NCBI RefSeq assembly: GCF_009834535.1
Contig: NC_045697.1
Span: forward strand, 35,156,001-35,220,000
Length of the DNA stretch: 64,000 nt
Source of the DNA: Camelus ferus
Lineage: Eukaryota
Reading direction: 5' to 3'
This document shows positions 1 to 12,150 of this stretch, piece after piece. The notes under the pieces were generated by a model. That model had not been told where the DNA came from and searched no databases. It saw only the letters and a program-made list of their open reading frames with translations. A program made the translations under genes and the position numbers. Every line of letters begins with the position of its first letter. Positions within the stretch are counted from its first letter, which is position 1.

Positions 1-2828
1 TAGTCAAATACAGATAGCAGCCTTTAAAACTCAATTAAAAGGCATTTGGAATTTTACATAACAAATGCTACGTTTTGGTTTGTCCCTAGTAGTGAATTGC
101 GCTGAATATCTCAAGAGAGGTATACTAGTATACTATTTAAATGTTTATGTCCCATGGAGTCATTAACACTGGGTAATAGAATGAAAACAGCATCTTAATG
201 TGAGTCTTAATTGTTTTTGTAAAAATCATGTGAAACAGCTATTCACTTAATCAGCTTATCTAACCAGTGTTATAAAAATAACTATATTCTTTTAACTAAA
301 GAATTTTTGTTAAAGAAACCATAAGCATCTATAAATATTTCTGGAGCTAAAAGTAGCAGGAAAATTTATATATATTGCAAACTAACTTATTCTCAATTGA
401 TCCTCTCACAAAGTGTAATTATCAATCCATATTACAATCTTGTCTAACATCTCTTAGAAATAACTTTTAAATTTTTGAATTAATAATGAAAGAAGTTGGT
501 AACAAGTATAAAGCTATGAGATTATATACCAGTTTTTCTCTAAAAGAATACTTCCTTCTTTGCATTATTGATATGAAATCTCTTCATACTCTTGATTTCT
601 CATTAAATGAGCAAAACTGTAATACCCCTTAGGAGAGCTGTGCCAGTTCTTTGTATGATTTCTGGATAAACTACTGCATTATAACTATTCCAGAACCACC
701 AGTAAACAGGAAGTAAAATTCATTCATGCTCAGTCGCAAGTAACCTATGTACAGACTGTTGCAAACCATGTGGGTTTTTTTCTTATGTAGACTATAAATT
801 TAGTATCAAATCTTGAGATTCAAGAAAAGGGCCTTATCAGCAGATTGAAATTTAAGAAAACAAATCTCTCTACAGATATTCCCAAAGAAGTCCTTTAAGT
901 TAATTTTAATAGTCATCCCCTAAAGTTAAATTTTATGTTTGAAGAGAAAAACTGAAGAGAGCTATTCCAGAGGACACAGCTGCTGAAATTTCAAACAACA
1001 GGTTCTTCAGTATTCTATGATTTTTCTTTATTTTGACTGTGATTGGTAAAAAGATATACAGTGTAGAAAATCCTTAATCATTAAACTGAGTGCTTATTTG
1101 CAAATTAATATAAGTTACAAAATCTTATTACACTTTATAACATATATGCTGTGTTAAAATGTGTAAGATAGTCAAAAAAAAAAGAGAGTCATATTAAACT
1201 AATGGGCATAGCATATTACATTTAAACACCAGGTCCGCTTATATATGCTGTGGTATAGTGAAGAAAACAATCAAATGGTTCAAGACTGAAAGTTAAAGGA
1301 AGTAAATTTTTAATAACAAATAACTGCATGTATTAATATATTCATATTTTTCACTTATGTATATATACACTGTTAAACACAAAATGAAACACTAAATGAT
1401 TTAGAGATTTTTAACTGAAATTAAGAAGCACTAATCCATCAATGGCCTCATCTCCACTTCATCCATCCAAATAAGAGTATAAAAAATGACTTCTAATACT
1501 AGTATATTCTAGATATCAATATATATTTCTTTTTAAAACTTAAAAGTGCCTTCTTCTCTCTTTTACATAATTTTTTAAAACAGAAAGTATGGTTTCTCCT
1601 AAATATAACCCTATTCTTTAAACAGACAAGAAATAGTATTAGGGAGAATACAAAGAAATAGAGGTACTCACACGTAGCCCTGGGGAGCTTAAATTGAGAA
1701 GTTTTTGAAAGGTAACTTAACATTGTCTATCAAAATTTTAAGTGAACATAGAAATTTATACTAAGAAGCAATCACACAAAGGTATAAACTAATATATAAA
1801 TGAGTATAATTACATAATTATTTTAATAACTAAAGATTAAAGTCACTCTAAATATTCATTGAGAAGGGAGTGATTGAATAAATTATTACATCCAGACAAT
1901 GGAATGCTTTTTAAATAAGACAGAAAGATGTTTATGATGTGCTAAACGAAAAAGTATCAGATAGTAAGTCTCACTTTAAAATTCTATAAATAAAAATGTT
2001 TATGAACATATTAAGATATTCACAGAAATGTATATCAGATTCAGAGGGTTTGTAGAAAATCTCTTCTTTCTACTAAATATTGTATTAATTTATGTGAGCA
2101 GTTATATATTCCCCAAAATAAAAAAAATTCATTATTGTACAGAACATTTTAAAGTGCTTTAGTCAAAATTTTTAAACTTAGGCATTCTTCCATCTTCTTC
2201 CTAAAGGATTTTCTTTTCTTTTAACATTTGCTAGTTACTATATGCAAACCTAATTTTCCTCTGAACACATAATGAATATCACCTTTTCAAACTTTAAAAG
2301 ACATTATATTCAACTTTGCAGGATTATATGAAATAAAGGTACTAGTACACAAAAATAATCATTACATTAAAAAAATGTGACTTTCTTATATTTCACCCCA
2401 TATATCCACTATCTTTAGAAAAAAAGAATGGGACTTTTTTTTTTAGTTTAAGTGATTTCTATGGTGATAGATAAAACTCACTATCTTATTTTTCACTTAC
2501 ATACCCTATAGGTTGCAGCAGTAACATTTTTTCCAATAAATATAACCCTTCATCACAAAAATATTTTCACCAAGATCACCAAACTGTTAACTTTTATTAA
2601 TGTCTTTATCTTGATTTATAGCAATCCATATTTCTCCATCCAAACTCAAAGCAAAAATTTTGATACTAAAACAATTTAGGCCAATTATATTTTTACTGTA
2701 TTAAACATTTAAATATTTAAACTTGATTTTCAAAATAAAGATCTATGCTCACTAGAATTCATATTTGTAAAAATAATTTTACTTTCCTAAAATACTTTTT
2801 AAAGGATTGAAAATACATTTTACTTTAC

Positions 2829-3030
2829 CTAGTTGTTGATGTTGGTGTTTGTCATAATGACTGTGATAGAAATTGATTCCGCCTTCCTGGTCTACAGTCT
2901 TCTCTGATGAGAGCAAACTAAGACGTTTCATCTTCAGTAATCTTGGAAACCTTTCCTGAAAGCTGTCTCCAGTGTCCAAGACCACATCCCCCGAAAGAAC
3001 GGGAGGAACAACTCTCTTCAAAAAATCCAT
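2829..3030 (-). CDS. Candidate first coding exon of the minus-strand host gene (MDFLKRVVPPVLSGDVVLDTGDSFQERFPRLLKMKRLSLLSSEKTVDQEGGINFYHSHYDKHQHQQL, phase 1); gene not identified
   Basis: ATG at 3030 in strong Kozak context (aaaATGG); 67 open codons + 1 nt end at donor TAG|gtaaag (2829/2828); GC-richer unique island (~2830-3300) in very AT-rich intron; other two frames closed. Confidence 0.55.
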
Positions 3031-4701
3031 TTTAAGGTTCTTCTACATTATTAGACCCATGAGCGCACAGGAAGGTGCCTGTACCAACTTCTTTGGTGGG
3101 AAGGTAAGGTACAACTATTCGTGTCAAAGAGCAAAGAAACGTCATGTAGATTTAGGTGGTGCTAATCATGGGTTGACTGCCAGCTGTTTTGAAGCTGATT
3201 TTTAAGACATTTGCTGTTCATACTGATAACGAGCCAAACAGCTACAGACGGTGGAAGTGTACTTCACGTATTCATACACATGTACATGTACAGTGGGTGT
3301 TAACAGCAATATGGAGACTATAAAATGTATCCATCTAGTTTCACATTTAGACTTTGAAAACCTACACTGTGATAATGCTAAAACAAATTTACTTTGGTCG
3401 GAGGTGTGTCTTACTTTTAAATACACTTAACAGCTTAAGTATGAAATAGTAACTTGTATTCAAAAGATAATTCCTATCATCTGAAAACTCAGTAACAGAC
3501 CTCAGAAAGATCAAGTTTTATAAGACATGAAATGGAATAATTTAAAATATTCTGTATTATGAACAGCTCAATGTACTTTTAGACACACACACACACAAAA
3601 ACTCATTACAATCAATCGTAAGTATTAACAGTAGCAATAGAAACCTTGGCATGAATTACCCCCCTAAAACTGGTAATTTAAAATAAATTAATCTAAAAAA
3701 AAGTTGAAGAATTTAAAGTGTAAATATTTAATTCAGAAAACCCAGTAATTAGCCTTACATAGTTTATTTCCAAATAACTGAATATTCTATTAAATATTTT
3801 AAAGTAGCAAAAGTAGCTGATCCTACTGCCTTAATATAACCCAGAAGCATGACAAAATAGGCCAGTCAAAGATGCCCACATAACACTTTATGAGCTGAAA
3901 TTAATATCTTCTCTCCTTTCCTTTGCCTGCCCTCTGGTGGGGGTACAAAGTGACCAAGACAGACATGGAAAAAACAAAATAAAGGAATGGATAAGGCATC
4001 AATTTTCCTAAGTAATCAAACTGTTAACTTTGACGGATATACATTTTAATGATTTAAAAAATCCGATTCACTTAGTGAAACACAAACATAATCTCATTCT
4101 TCCAATACTCAAAGAAAGTGATTTACATATTTTAAAAGATGACGCACCTAATTGTCTATACAGACATCAGGGGAAACTGTTGTAATGTAAAAACAAGTAA
4201 ATTCTGGTCTGAACTGCTGAGTTTTTAATCCTTATTCTTCTGCCACATTAATAAAGAAGTCAATTATTCTTTATTTCACTCATTTAAAAGATGTTAACGT
4301 GATGGTCCTCTACATGGAAAGCATTAATATGGTATGAAGGTTCAGAGAAAATTTAGAGGATTTATTAATGCAAATTCTGTCTGAGGGAGTCCTACAGTAA
4401 AAAGGGGAAAAAACAAGGAAGTCAGGTAAAGGACTTACATTTTTTGCCCTAAAGCAAGTCTGTACCAATTAGGGGAAAAAAAAAAAAAATTGACTTTTAA
4501 AAAATCCTTCTCAGAAGCTAGATTCTCTCTTAACCCTGGAGCATAAAAGGATAAAAATTCATATCTGAACAACCTATTCTCTACACACAGAAAAAACAAC
4601 AGGCTAGAACCATAATCTATATCCCTTAATAGCCTAGAAGTTATCATTGTGTCTTCCAGGGTTTTTGGTTTCTGTTTTTTCCATCTTAACTTCATTCATT
4701 C

Positions 4702-5110
4702 ATTTTTTAAAAATTGAAGTATAACTGACTTACAACATTATATTAGTTTCAGGTGTACAACATAGTGAGTCAATGTTTTTATACATTATGAAAAGATCAC
4801 CATGATGAGTCTAGTTACCATACAAAGTTGTTACGATATTATTGAGTATATTCTCTATGCTGTACATCACAACCTCATAACTTATTTATTTCATAACTGA
4901 AAGTCTGTACTTCTTAATCTCCCTCACCTATCTTACCCACACCCCCATTCCCCGCCCTCTGACAAGCACCCGTTTGTTCCCTGTATCTATGAGTCTGTTC
5001 CTGTATGTGTGTTTCTTTGTTTTGTTTTTTAAATTCCACATATAAGTGAAATCATACGGTATTTCTCTTTCTCTGACTTACTTCACTTAGTATACTACCC
5101 TCTAGGTCTA
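4702..5110 (-). mobile_element. L1 (L1MA-like) 3' end fragment
   Basis: T-tract then ttgaagtataactgacttacaacattatattagtttcaggtgtacaacatagtga...ttccacatataagtgaaatcat, typical reverse L1MA 3'UTR. Confidence 0.85.
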
Positions 5111-5344
5111 TGTTGTTTTTTCCCTTTGTTTCCTCTTTATGGATAAGATCTCGTGTTCTTTAAAACGTGTGTGTGTGGCCTTCCTCAGGTCCCCCTGCAG
5201 GTCTTCCTTATCTGTGGAGCCCAGGAGCACAGTCCTACCACCTGTGTCACTGCTAACCTCACTGTTCTAAACTGCACTTTCAACTGGGGAAAGGAAGGGC
5301 GGGGATTAGATGCTGTGGGAGAGACCACAAGATTTTTCTCAGAT

Positions 5345-5455
5345 TTCCTTCATTCAACAAATACTCACTGAGCAGCTTCTTTCATGGCCTGTGCACGATA
5401 CAAAAGCAGTAAAGATATACGCCTACCCTCAAGAAACTTACTATTTATGAAGGGG
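5345..5455 (-). mobile_element. L2 3' end fragment
   Basis: ttcattcaacaaatactcactgagc...ccctcaagaaacttac L2 tail motif. Confidence 0.6.
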
Positions 5456-5479
5456 AAAAAATCTCAACCACAAGACCCC

Positions 5480-5625
5480 CGTCTTGGTTGGCCAAGGCAT
5501 TGCTGACCCTACATTACACTTCATTTCCTCTAATAACCCTCTTTATATGGGTGTTGATCTCTAATAAACATCCTGGAAGCCAAACTCCTTTACAGCATCT
5601 ACTTGTGGAGGACTCACCCCGCGAC
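5480..5625 (+). mobile_element. ERVL LTR16-like 3' fragment
   Basis: ends aataaacatcctggaagccaaactcctttacagcatctacttgtggaggactcaccccgcgaca, like LTR16 3' terminus. Confidence 0.5.
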
Positions 5626-6169
5626 ATACAGCAAAGGGGAAAGCATGACATTCCAGTGACAAAGCTATCCATTACTAGCTGAATCGATGATGGGGAAATG
5701 CCATAAAGCCTTGTTTGCATGCTGATTCTAAGATCTTTGGTTGATTATTACAACCTTGAACTCCCGGTATAAATAGGATTAAGAAATTGTAACAGAGGCT
5801 GGTCACTCAAAGACAGAATTTAAAAATCTCTTTTAGTCCTCACAGTCACTATTTAGCCATTAGAATATTTATTTTAATCTTACCGTAGAATTTCAAGAGA
5901 ATAATTTCTTGGTGGTAAGTTGTTTCATCTAATCCTGGCTATTGGGACTCTTGAGTAGTTTTGAGAATTAAGCATTTAGGTGTTAATCATCCGAGATTCA
6001 AATAAATGACTTCAGCTCTGAAGAAAAACAAAATATGAGATTGACACATTAGATATGTTTTTAATAAGCACATCTGTGTGTGACTCATATCCACCTTTAC
6101 TTCTGAATATATTATATTGCAGTGTCACGTGGCGCTAGTTATCCTTTTTCAATTAATGTTGCATTACAT

Positions 6170-6620
6170 TTTTCCTAAGTTTTTATTATGAACAATTTCA
6201 AACTAATGCAGAATTATTGAGACTAGTATAATGAATTCACCATTATTAACTCACAACAAATCATGTTGCATTCTTATCTCCACCCACCCCCAGCCCCTGT
6301 CCCACCAGTCTGGCTTATTCTGAGGCAAATTCCAGGCATTAAGTCACTTCACCTATAGATAATTCTGCATGTATCTAAGACAAAAATTTCTTTTTTAAAC
6401 ATAAGGCAATATAATTATAATATCTACAATAAATTCATAATAATTTCTTCATAACATCAACTACCAATCAGTGCTCCAATTTCCCCAACTGTTTCTTAAG
6501 TGTTTTTTTTAGATCAGTTTGTTCTAATCCAGATCTAAACAAAATCTATACAGGCAATTGTTGTTTGTCTCCTAAATCCCTTTTAATTGATAGCTTTTTC
6601 CCTTCCTCTCTTCTCTCTGC
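6170..6620 (-). mobile_element. Old L1 (L1MC-type) 3'UTR fragment
   Basis: ttttattatgaacaatttcaaac...gaggcaaattccaggcat...cagtgctccaatttcccca motifs. Confidence 0.6.
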
Positions 6621-7229
6621 AGTGACAAGCAATGCTTTTACTAGCCAATGATTGAATGAATTCATCAATACCTTAACTGTTCAATAATATATTGAATCCA
6701 TTTGTATTTTATTCACTAAAATAATCAGATTTGCAAAGCAGTTCATGTATCCACTAGGCCTAACATTTATCCCATCTACGGACAATGTTTAGGATGCATA
6801 TTTTTCAAAAACCTATGATAACACCTTTGAGGGGGTCATGGACTGTGAAGTACTATACCTTATATGTAAGAATTGGATGGCTACTAAGAATGAAACAAAT
6901 GACAGGGTCATTATCCTTTCTTTTCCCATATATAAGGCCTCACATGTAATCAGGCACATTCGTGTTTTTATTACTACGAAAGGTCTGCACATTTTTCAAC
7001 AGTTAAATAGTCACATTTTTAATTTGTAATTGAAATTCTAATCAACTACATTGTAAATTATAACTAGTTTCTTACTATTTTTTCTGTTTAATGAATTTAA
7101 TCCCCAATCCAACAGAAAGAACTACTATCTGAAATATTAATTTTGTACTTAAACTTCTTAATTTGAAATTCCTTTAGCCAAGTTAGAAAAATACAATATT
7201 TCATTTATTCATAGGCATAATCAACAAAA

Positions 7230-7890
7230 TCATGACTGAAATCAAATCTTAAAGCCCCAAAACTGGTAAATATGAACAAAATACGAATTCAGAAGCAACT
7301 GTTCGTAATCAATATCATTCAGACTTAACGGAATTTTTGACTGCCCCACTAAATATTTCTGAATCTATTAACAACATGATATCTACAATTCTGCCACAAT
7401 TTTTGATACTTTATCTCAGGTTCGTGGAATCATTCCTCCCTCAATGAGTCTAAGGCTTATGTGACAAATGACCTACCATTTCTTGTAGATAGTGGGCAGG
7501 ACACAGTCATTTACTGGTCTATATTTAATGAAACTTAAACTGTTTTTCACTTTGTCTTCTAGGACAGATCACAAACCAAGTACTCCTGGAGGACAAAGCA
7601 GTTTTAGAAATACTGCAAAAATTTCATCTAGGATTGATTTGTACCACCATGTCTAGGTCTTTTGTTTTGCTTCATTTTTAAATATTTTTTCTGTTCAGAC
7701 ACAGCAAGAGCCAATGCCATGCTTTTCATATGTGTTTTCTTTTCCTGTGACCATGCTGTCAGAGCACTGTGGCATTTTAAGACTTCCCAATGTTTGTCCA
7801 GAATTTTCAGTACCTCTCCAGTAGAGATACAACTTCTGTATTTTCCACTTTCTCTTTTGATAAAATAAACAAACATATGTCTTTAGTTAC
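7230..7890 (-). mobile_element. Degenerate hAT (Charlie/Buster-like) transposase fossil
   Basis: interrupted frame gives VLEDKVKNSLSFIKYRPVNDCVLPTIYKKW (~7476-7565), resembling the VLxxxVKxVNFIKxRPLNxRLF hAT motif; several stops. Confidence 0.4.
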
Positions 7891-8749
7891 CCTGGAAAAT
7901 ATTTGGTATATACTTCTCTGGCTTTCTTTACAGGTTATAATCAGGGATGAGTTTTTTTGCTTTTTGTTTTGTTTCGTTTAGGTGTGGTTTGGGTTTTTTT
8001 CCCTGCACATCCACTACATTTTCGTCTTGTCTCCGTACATATTATCTAACGTGGAACTCATTTTTATTTTCATTTCATTTGATTAACTTGAGAATATTTT
8101 CTCTCCAAGAAGAGTAATCTTTATTACTACTTTTATACTACTGCTTTTGAGATGGCCATGGTATACAGATGACCATGGCTGTTGTTTCTTACTTTAAAAG
8201 AAAAAGGTCATAAAAACCAGTGACTTGAGGAGGTCAGTTGGCATTTGACAACACTGAAGAGAAGACTGTAAGTAGTAAAATAGCACAAGCTGTAAAGGGC
8301 CGAGGCTTTAAACCTGCAGCAAGACTAATGATGTGGAAGCTTCTATGTGTAATAAACAAAGAGAACAGTGGCCCTGCTATGGTACTTGAGAGGATTCTCA
8401 GATCAAATGAGGTCCTTCAGGGACAACCTTGCTTCATTTCAGTTTAGAAAGTAAAAGAGAAAGTTGAATGGTTGCTCAGATAACATATTAACCTCATTTC
8501 CTTTCTGAATAGAATTACTCGAATAATAAAGAACAGAAATGCCACAAATTTAATGTATCTTAATTATAGTAAGATACCTGACATATAAGTGTCTGATATA
8601 CACTGATTCAGAAAACAATAATCTTGAGCAAATAGGGCAAACATTAAGAATAAATGAATCTCAGTGATGATCACTGTAAGTATTCTCAATACCTCTAGAC
8701 TTGGAATACTTCATAATTCGAAAAAGAGGACAAGGAAGTTAGGGTGCCT

Positions 8750-8960
8750 AGCACAAGGTAGATTTGAATTCAACATAATTAAAAAAAGAATAACTTACTC
8801 ATTATGTAATTAATTTAAAAGGTGCTTCATAAAGAAATGGAGTTCCTGCTCACTGAGTTTATAGGCAAAGATTGTTAGAAATGCTATAGGAAGGGTTACC
8901 CCACTGGGTAAAGGATTAGGCTGAATTACTTCAAAGATTCCAACTTGCAACTCTGAATTT
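8750..8960 (+). mobile_element. L3/CR1 3' end fragment
   Basis: agatttgaattcaacataa...gagttcctgctcactgag...ggattaggctgaattacttcaaagattccaacttgcaactctgaatt matches CR1 3' end pattern. Confidence 0.6.
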
Positions 8961-10179
8961 CACTTCAAAATGTATTTTGTACTTATACTGGAATGTGCTG
9001 TGACCTAAAGATTCAATCATACTTTAAAGAAACCACACTGTAAGATATGAAATCTGTAAGGGAAAATTTCTGCCCTTATATTACAATCATTCTGGGAATA
9101 TTGCAAGGCCTCTTAAAATGATTCAAAAGACAAAAATGATGCAAATGTTCTGACAGCCTTTTAGAGTAAGGATGCAATGGCTTTCAAATAAATTAGAATA
9201 ACCATAGCTCCTATCTGTAGTGGCAAAATAAGTATGGAAAATACACAATGCAGTAACTTGTTAATCTACCAAAGATTATGTAAAATGAGAAAAATCTACT
9301 TGGCAGCAAATAATTATTCAAATATCTTTTCTGTCTGGCTGGCAAAAAACATTAAAATGAAGAATTTACAGTCATCCCTTTAAGAAAGAAAAAATATATA
9401 AAATAAACACTGGTTCTATCACAGTTCAATTTTTAGAAATTCACTTTTTCTCTTATTTTAGAAATGAAATTTTTACAATTTTTAAAACAGACCTGCATTT
9501 TAATTTTCTGTCATTCTTTTTAACCTTCTACCAAATTTTAACTTTAAGGAGTATGGAAACTTATGCTGACTAACGTAATCACAGATTACACTATATCACC
9601 TGCTAAAAATGCTGTGTAATGGTACTGAGCTAGAATAACTGGACTTCATTGCAAAAACCTAAACCTCCTGCTGATAATGCAATGTTCTCTGCAGGTAAAT
9701 TTATGAACATTTTGTTGATTTTACATTTTTAGCCACAATAGCAGTTGCTGCCATACTACTATTTGGTCTAATGAAAACAATTAGCAAAATTTTCCATTCA
9801 CAAATTTCAGGAAAGTTTTTTATAACACTTTCATTCATTGAATCAAATGAAAATAGCACCAAAGCACATTTTCTAATAGACTGATGAATGAATATGCATT
9901 GTTTAGAATCATTTTCCTATTACATTTCTACAGCATTTCTAACCCATTCTACAGCATTTCTACTGGCACAGAAGAAAAAAAAAAGGAATTCAACCCCAAA
10001 ATTATCATAGAAATGCTCTATGTATTCATCTAGACTTAACAAGAGAAACATTTTGGTCAAATGTAGAAACAGCTCAGTAAGACAACAATCTCACGAAATC
10101 TGGAATGTACTCCCATCCCTAACTTCTAAAAATCCAGTACTGTTAACCCTGCCATACATAAATTTACAAAAACCATACT

Positions 10180-10287
10180 TTCAACAAATATTTACTGAGC
10201 AGAACTATGTACCAAGAGCCAGGGACAGAGGAGTGACGAGAAAAGACAAAAAAATCCCTAGCCTCGTGGAGCTTACATTCTAGTAGG
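10180..10287 (-). mobile_element. L2 3' end fragment
   Basis: ttcaacaaatatttactgagc...cctcgtggagcttacattctagt. Confidence 0.75.
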
Positions 10288-10289
10288 AG

Positions 10290-10428
10290 CTGGAGTTTTT
10301 TGGAGCCATTCCTTCGAGAATCTAAAAAAAGTGTTGGAAGGCTCTCCTTCCAACATGCACATATACCTAATTTTACAGGGTTATGAACCTTCACAACCCA
10401 ATCATTAACTACAGATTAAGAACCCCTG
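10290..10428. mobile_element. hAT MITE (Charlie4z-like)
   Basis: ccttcgagaatcta...atgcacatata...cagattaagaacccctg terminal motif. Confidence 0.55.
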
Positions 10429-10518
10429 ATAAAAATCCTCCTTGTGCTTATTTTCTATTACTACCGTTGATAGTTGACAGTTTCATAATCTTACTATTCA
10501 TGGTATAAGGATGCAGTA

Positions 10519-10839
10519 CAGTCATCTCTCAGTAACTAGGGGGTCTTGGTTCTAGGACCCCTTGTGGAAACCAAAATCATCTGGTGCTCAAGTCCCTCAT
10601 ACAAAATTGCACAGGATTCACAAATTTTCCCACACACTTTAAATCCTCTCTAGATTACTTATAATACCTAATACAATGCAAATGTTACATAATAGTTGTA
10701 AATACAATGTTAATGCTATGGTGAGCAGCAAATTCAAGTTTTGCTTTTGGAACTTTCTGGAATTTTTTTCATTAATATTTTCGAGCCGAGGTTGGTTGAC
10801 TCTATGGATGAAGAAGCCTCAGATACAAAGGGCTGACTG
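10519..10839 (+). mobile_element. MER2/Tigger-family MITE, complete with TIRs and TA TSD
   Basis: ta|cagtcatctctcagta ... agatacaaagggctgactg|ta; internal ggttctaggacccc and ttcaagttttgcttttggaactttctgg. Confidence 0.85.
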
Positions 10840-11619
10840 TAATTTTTTTTTTCATTAAAATACTTAAAGCCTTCAAATTTCAACGGAATGTTTTCTATTT
10901 ATTCTATCTGTACCTCTCACAAATTTCTAGACTATCAGATTACCCTTTATTAATCTTGGTCTTTCCAGAAAAATATTGATCCTAACCTCTTCGGTAGCTT
11001 CCTAGGGAAACTCCCTAACCTTAACAGAAGTATCAATTGTCCCCAAATTTTTGTTCTTGCTTTTCACAAAACAAGTGTAAGTGACCCCTTATTAAAAGCT
11101 TTTTTATTTAAAAATACAACTTCTAAAATACTTTTAGGGTTATTACTGTCTCTAATTAATGTCTTAAGTCTTTTATACCTATAATTTAAAAAAATTATAC
11201 ATTGGAAATTGCTCTACCTAATTATGATCCTAAGGTCTTATATGATCAAACATCAAAGAAAAGTCATGAAAATTTGATATGCATATTTTATATGTTTCTA
11301 TAAAACAGTTTGTGATAAAAAGGTTTTGGGGTTAATCCAAATTTTAAGTTAATCAGAAAAATGAAGAAGTAGCTGTGCAAGGTCACAAAGCAAGTAAATG
11401 GCCACAATTTAACCTCCAAAGTTTCTCTTTTCTCTTTTCCTTTGAGTTTATCGTCTCCAGCAAGTTTAGAGAAGCCTCACTTTTCTAAGAGCAACTATGA
11501 AAGCACAAATTCCCACTGATGTTTAGATGACCTATTTCTCTCAAATTTATAGCACCAAAACAATTTCTCTAAGTTTAAGGAAGAATGATCATTTGTTACC
11601 TGCAGTCTCATAAGCTGAA

Positions 11620-12000
11620 TCAAAAGCCTTTCAAATGTTTACACTCTGAACCAGTAATTCCCCTTCTAAGAGCTTTTTCTAAGAAAATCATCAGAAACAC
11701 ACATACAGATTTATTTATAAAAATATCATTGTACCATTATTCCTATGAGCAGAATACTGCAGGGAGGCACAGAACAAAAACAAAGGACCAGTTGAAAAAT
11801 AATCATGGTATATTCATTAGATGAAATGTTACCCTTCAATTAAAAAATCATATTTTTTGTTAATATGCCATAATATTCACCATATTTTTAAGTAAAAGTA
11901 GAAAAACAAAGCAATATTTATAGTATCTTCCCAATTATTGAGATAAAACTACATTTCGAAGCAAAGAATAAACTTAGAAGGATAGACTCAAATTGTTAAG
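11620..12000 (+). mobile_element. L1ME-type 3' fragment
   Basis: gaaccagtaattccccttctaagag...aatcatggtatattcattagatgaaat. Confidence 0.6.
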
Positions 12001-12004
12001 GTAT

Positions 12005-12150
12005 TCAATCTCTCTATGCCCATTTCCTCGTCTGTAAAATAAGGATAATAGAACCTCTCAGGGCTACTATGAGAATTAAGTGTAAAAGATGAAAAGTGCT
12101 TGAACAGTGCTTGACACATAGTACGTACTCAAATGTTTATTATTATTTAT
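12005..12150 (+). mobile_element. MIR SINE
   Basis: tttcctcgtctgtaaaataaggataata...aaagtgcttgaacagtgcttgacacatagta core. Confidence 0.8.
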
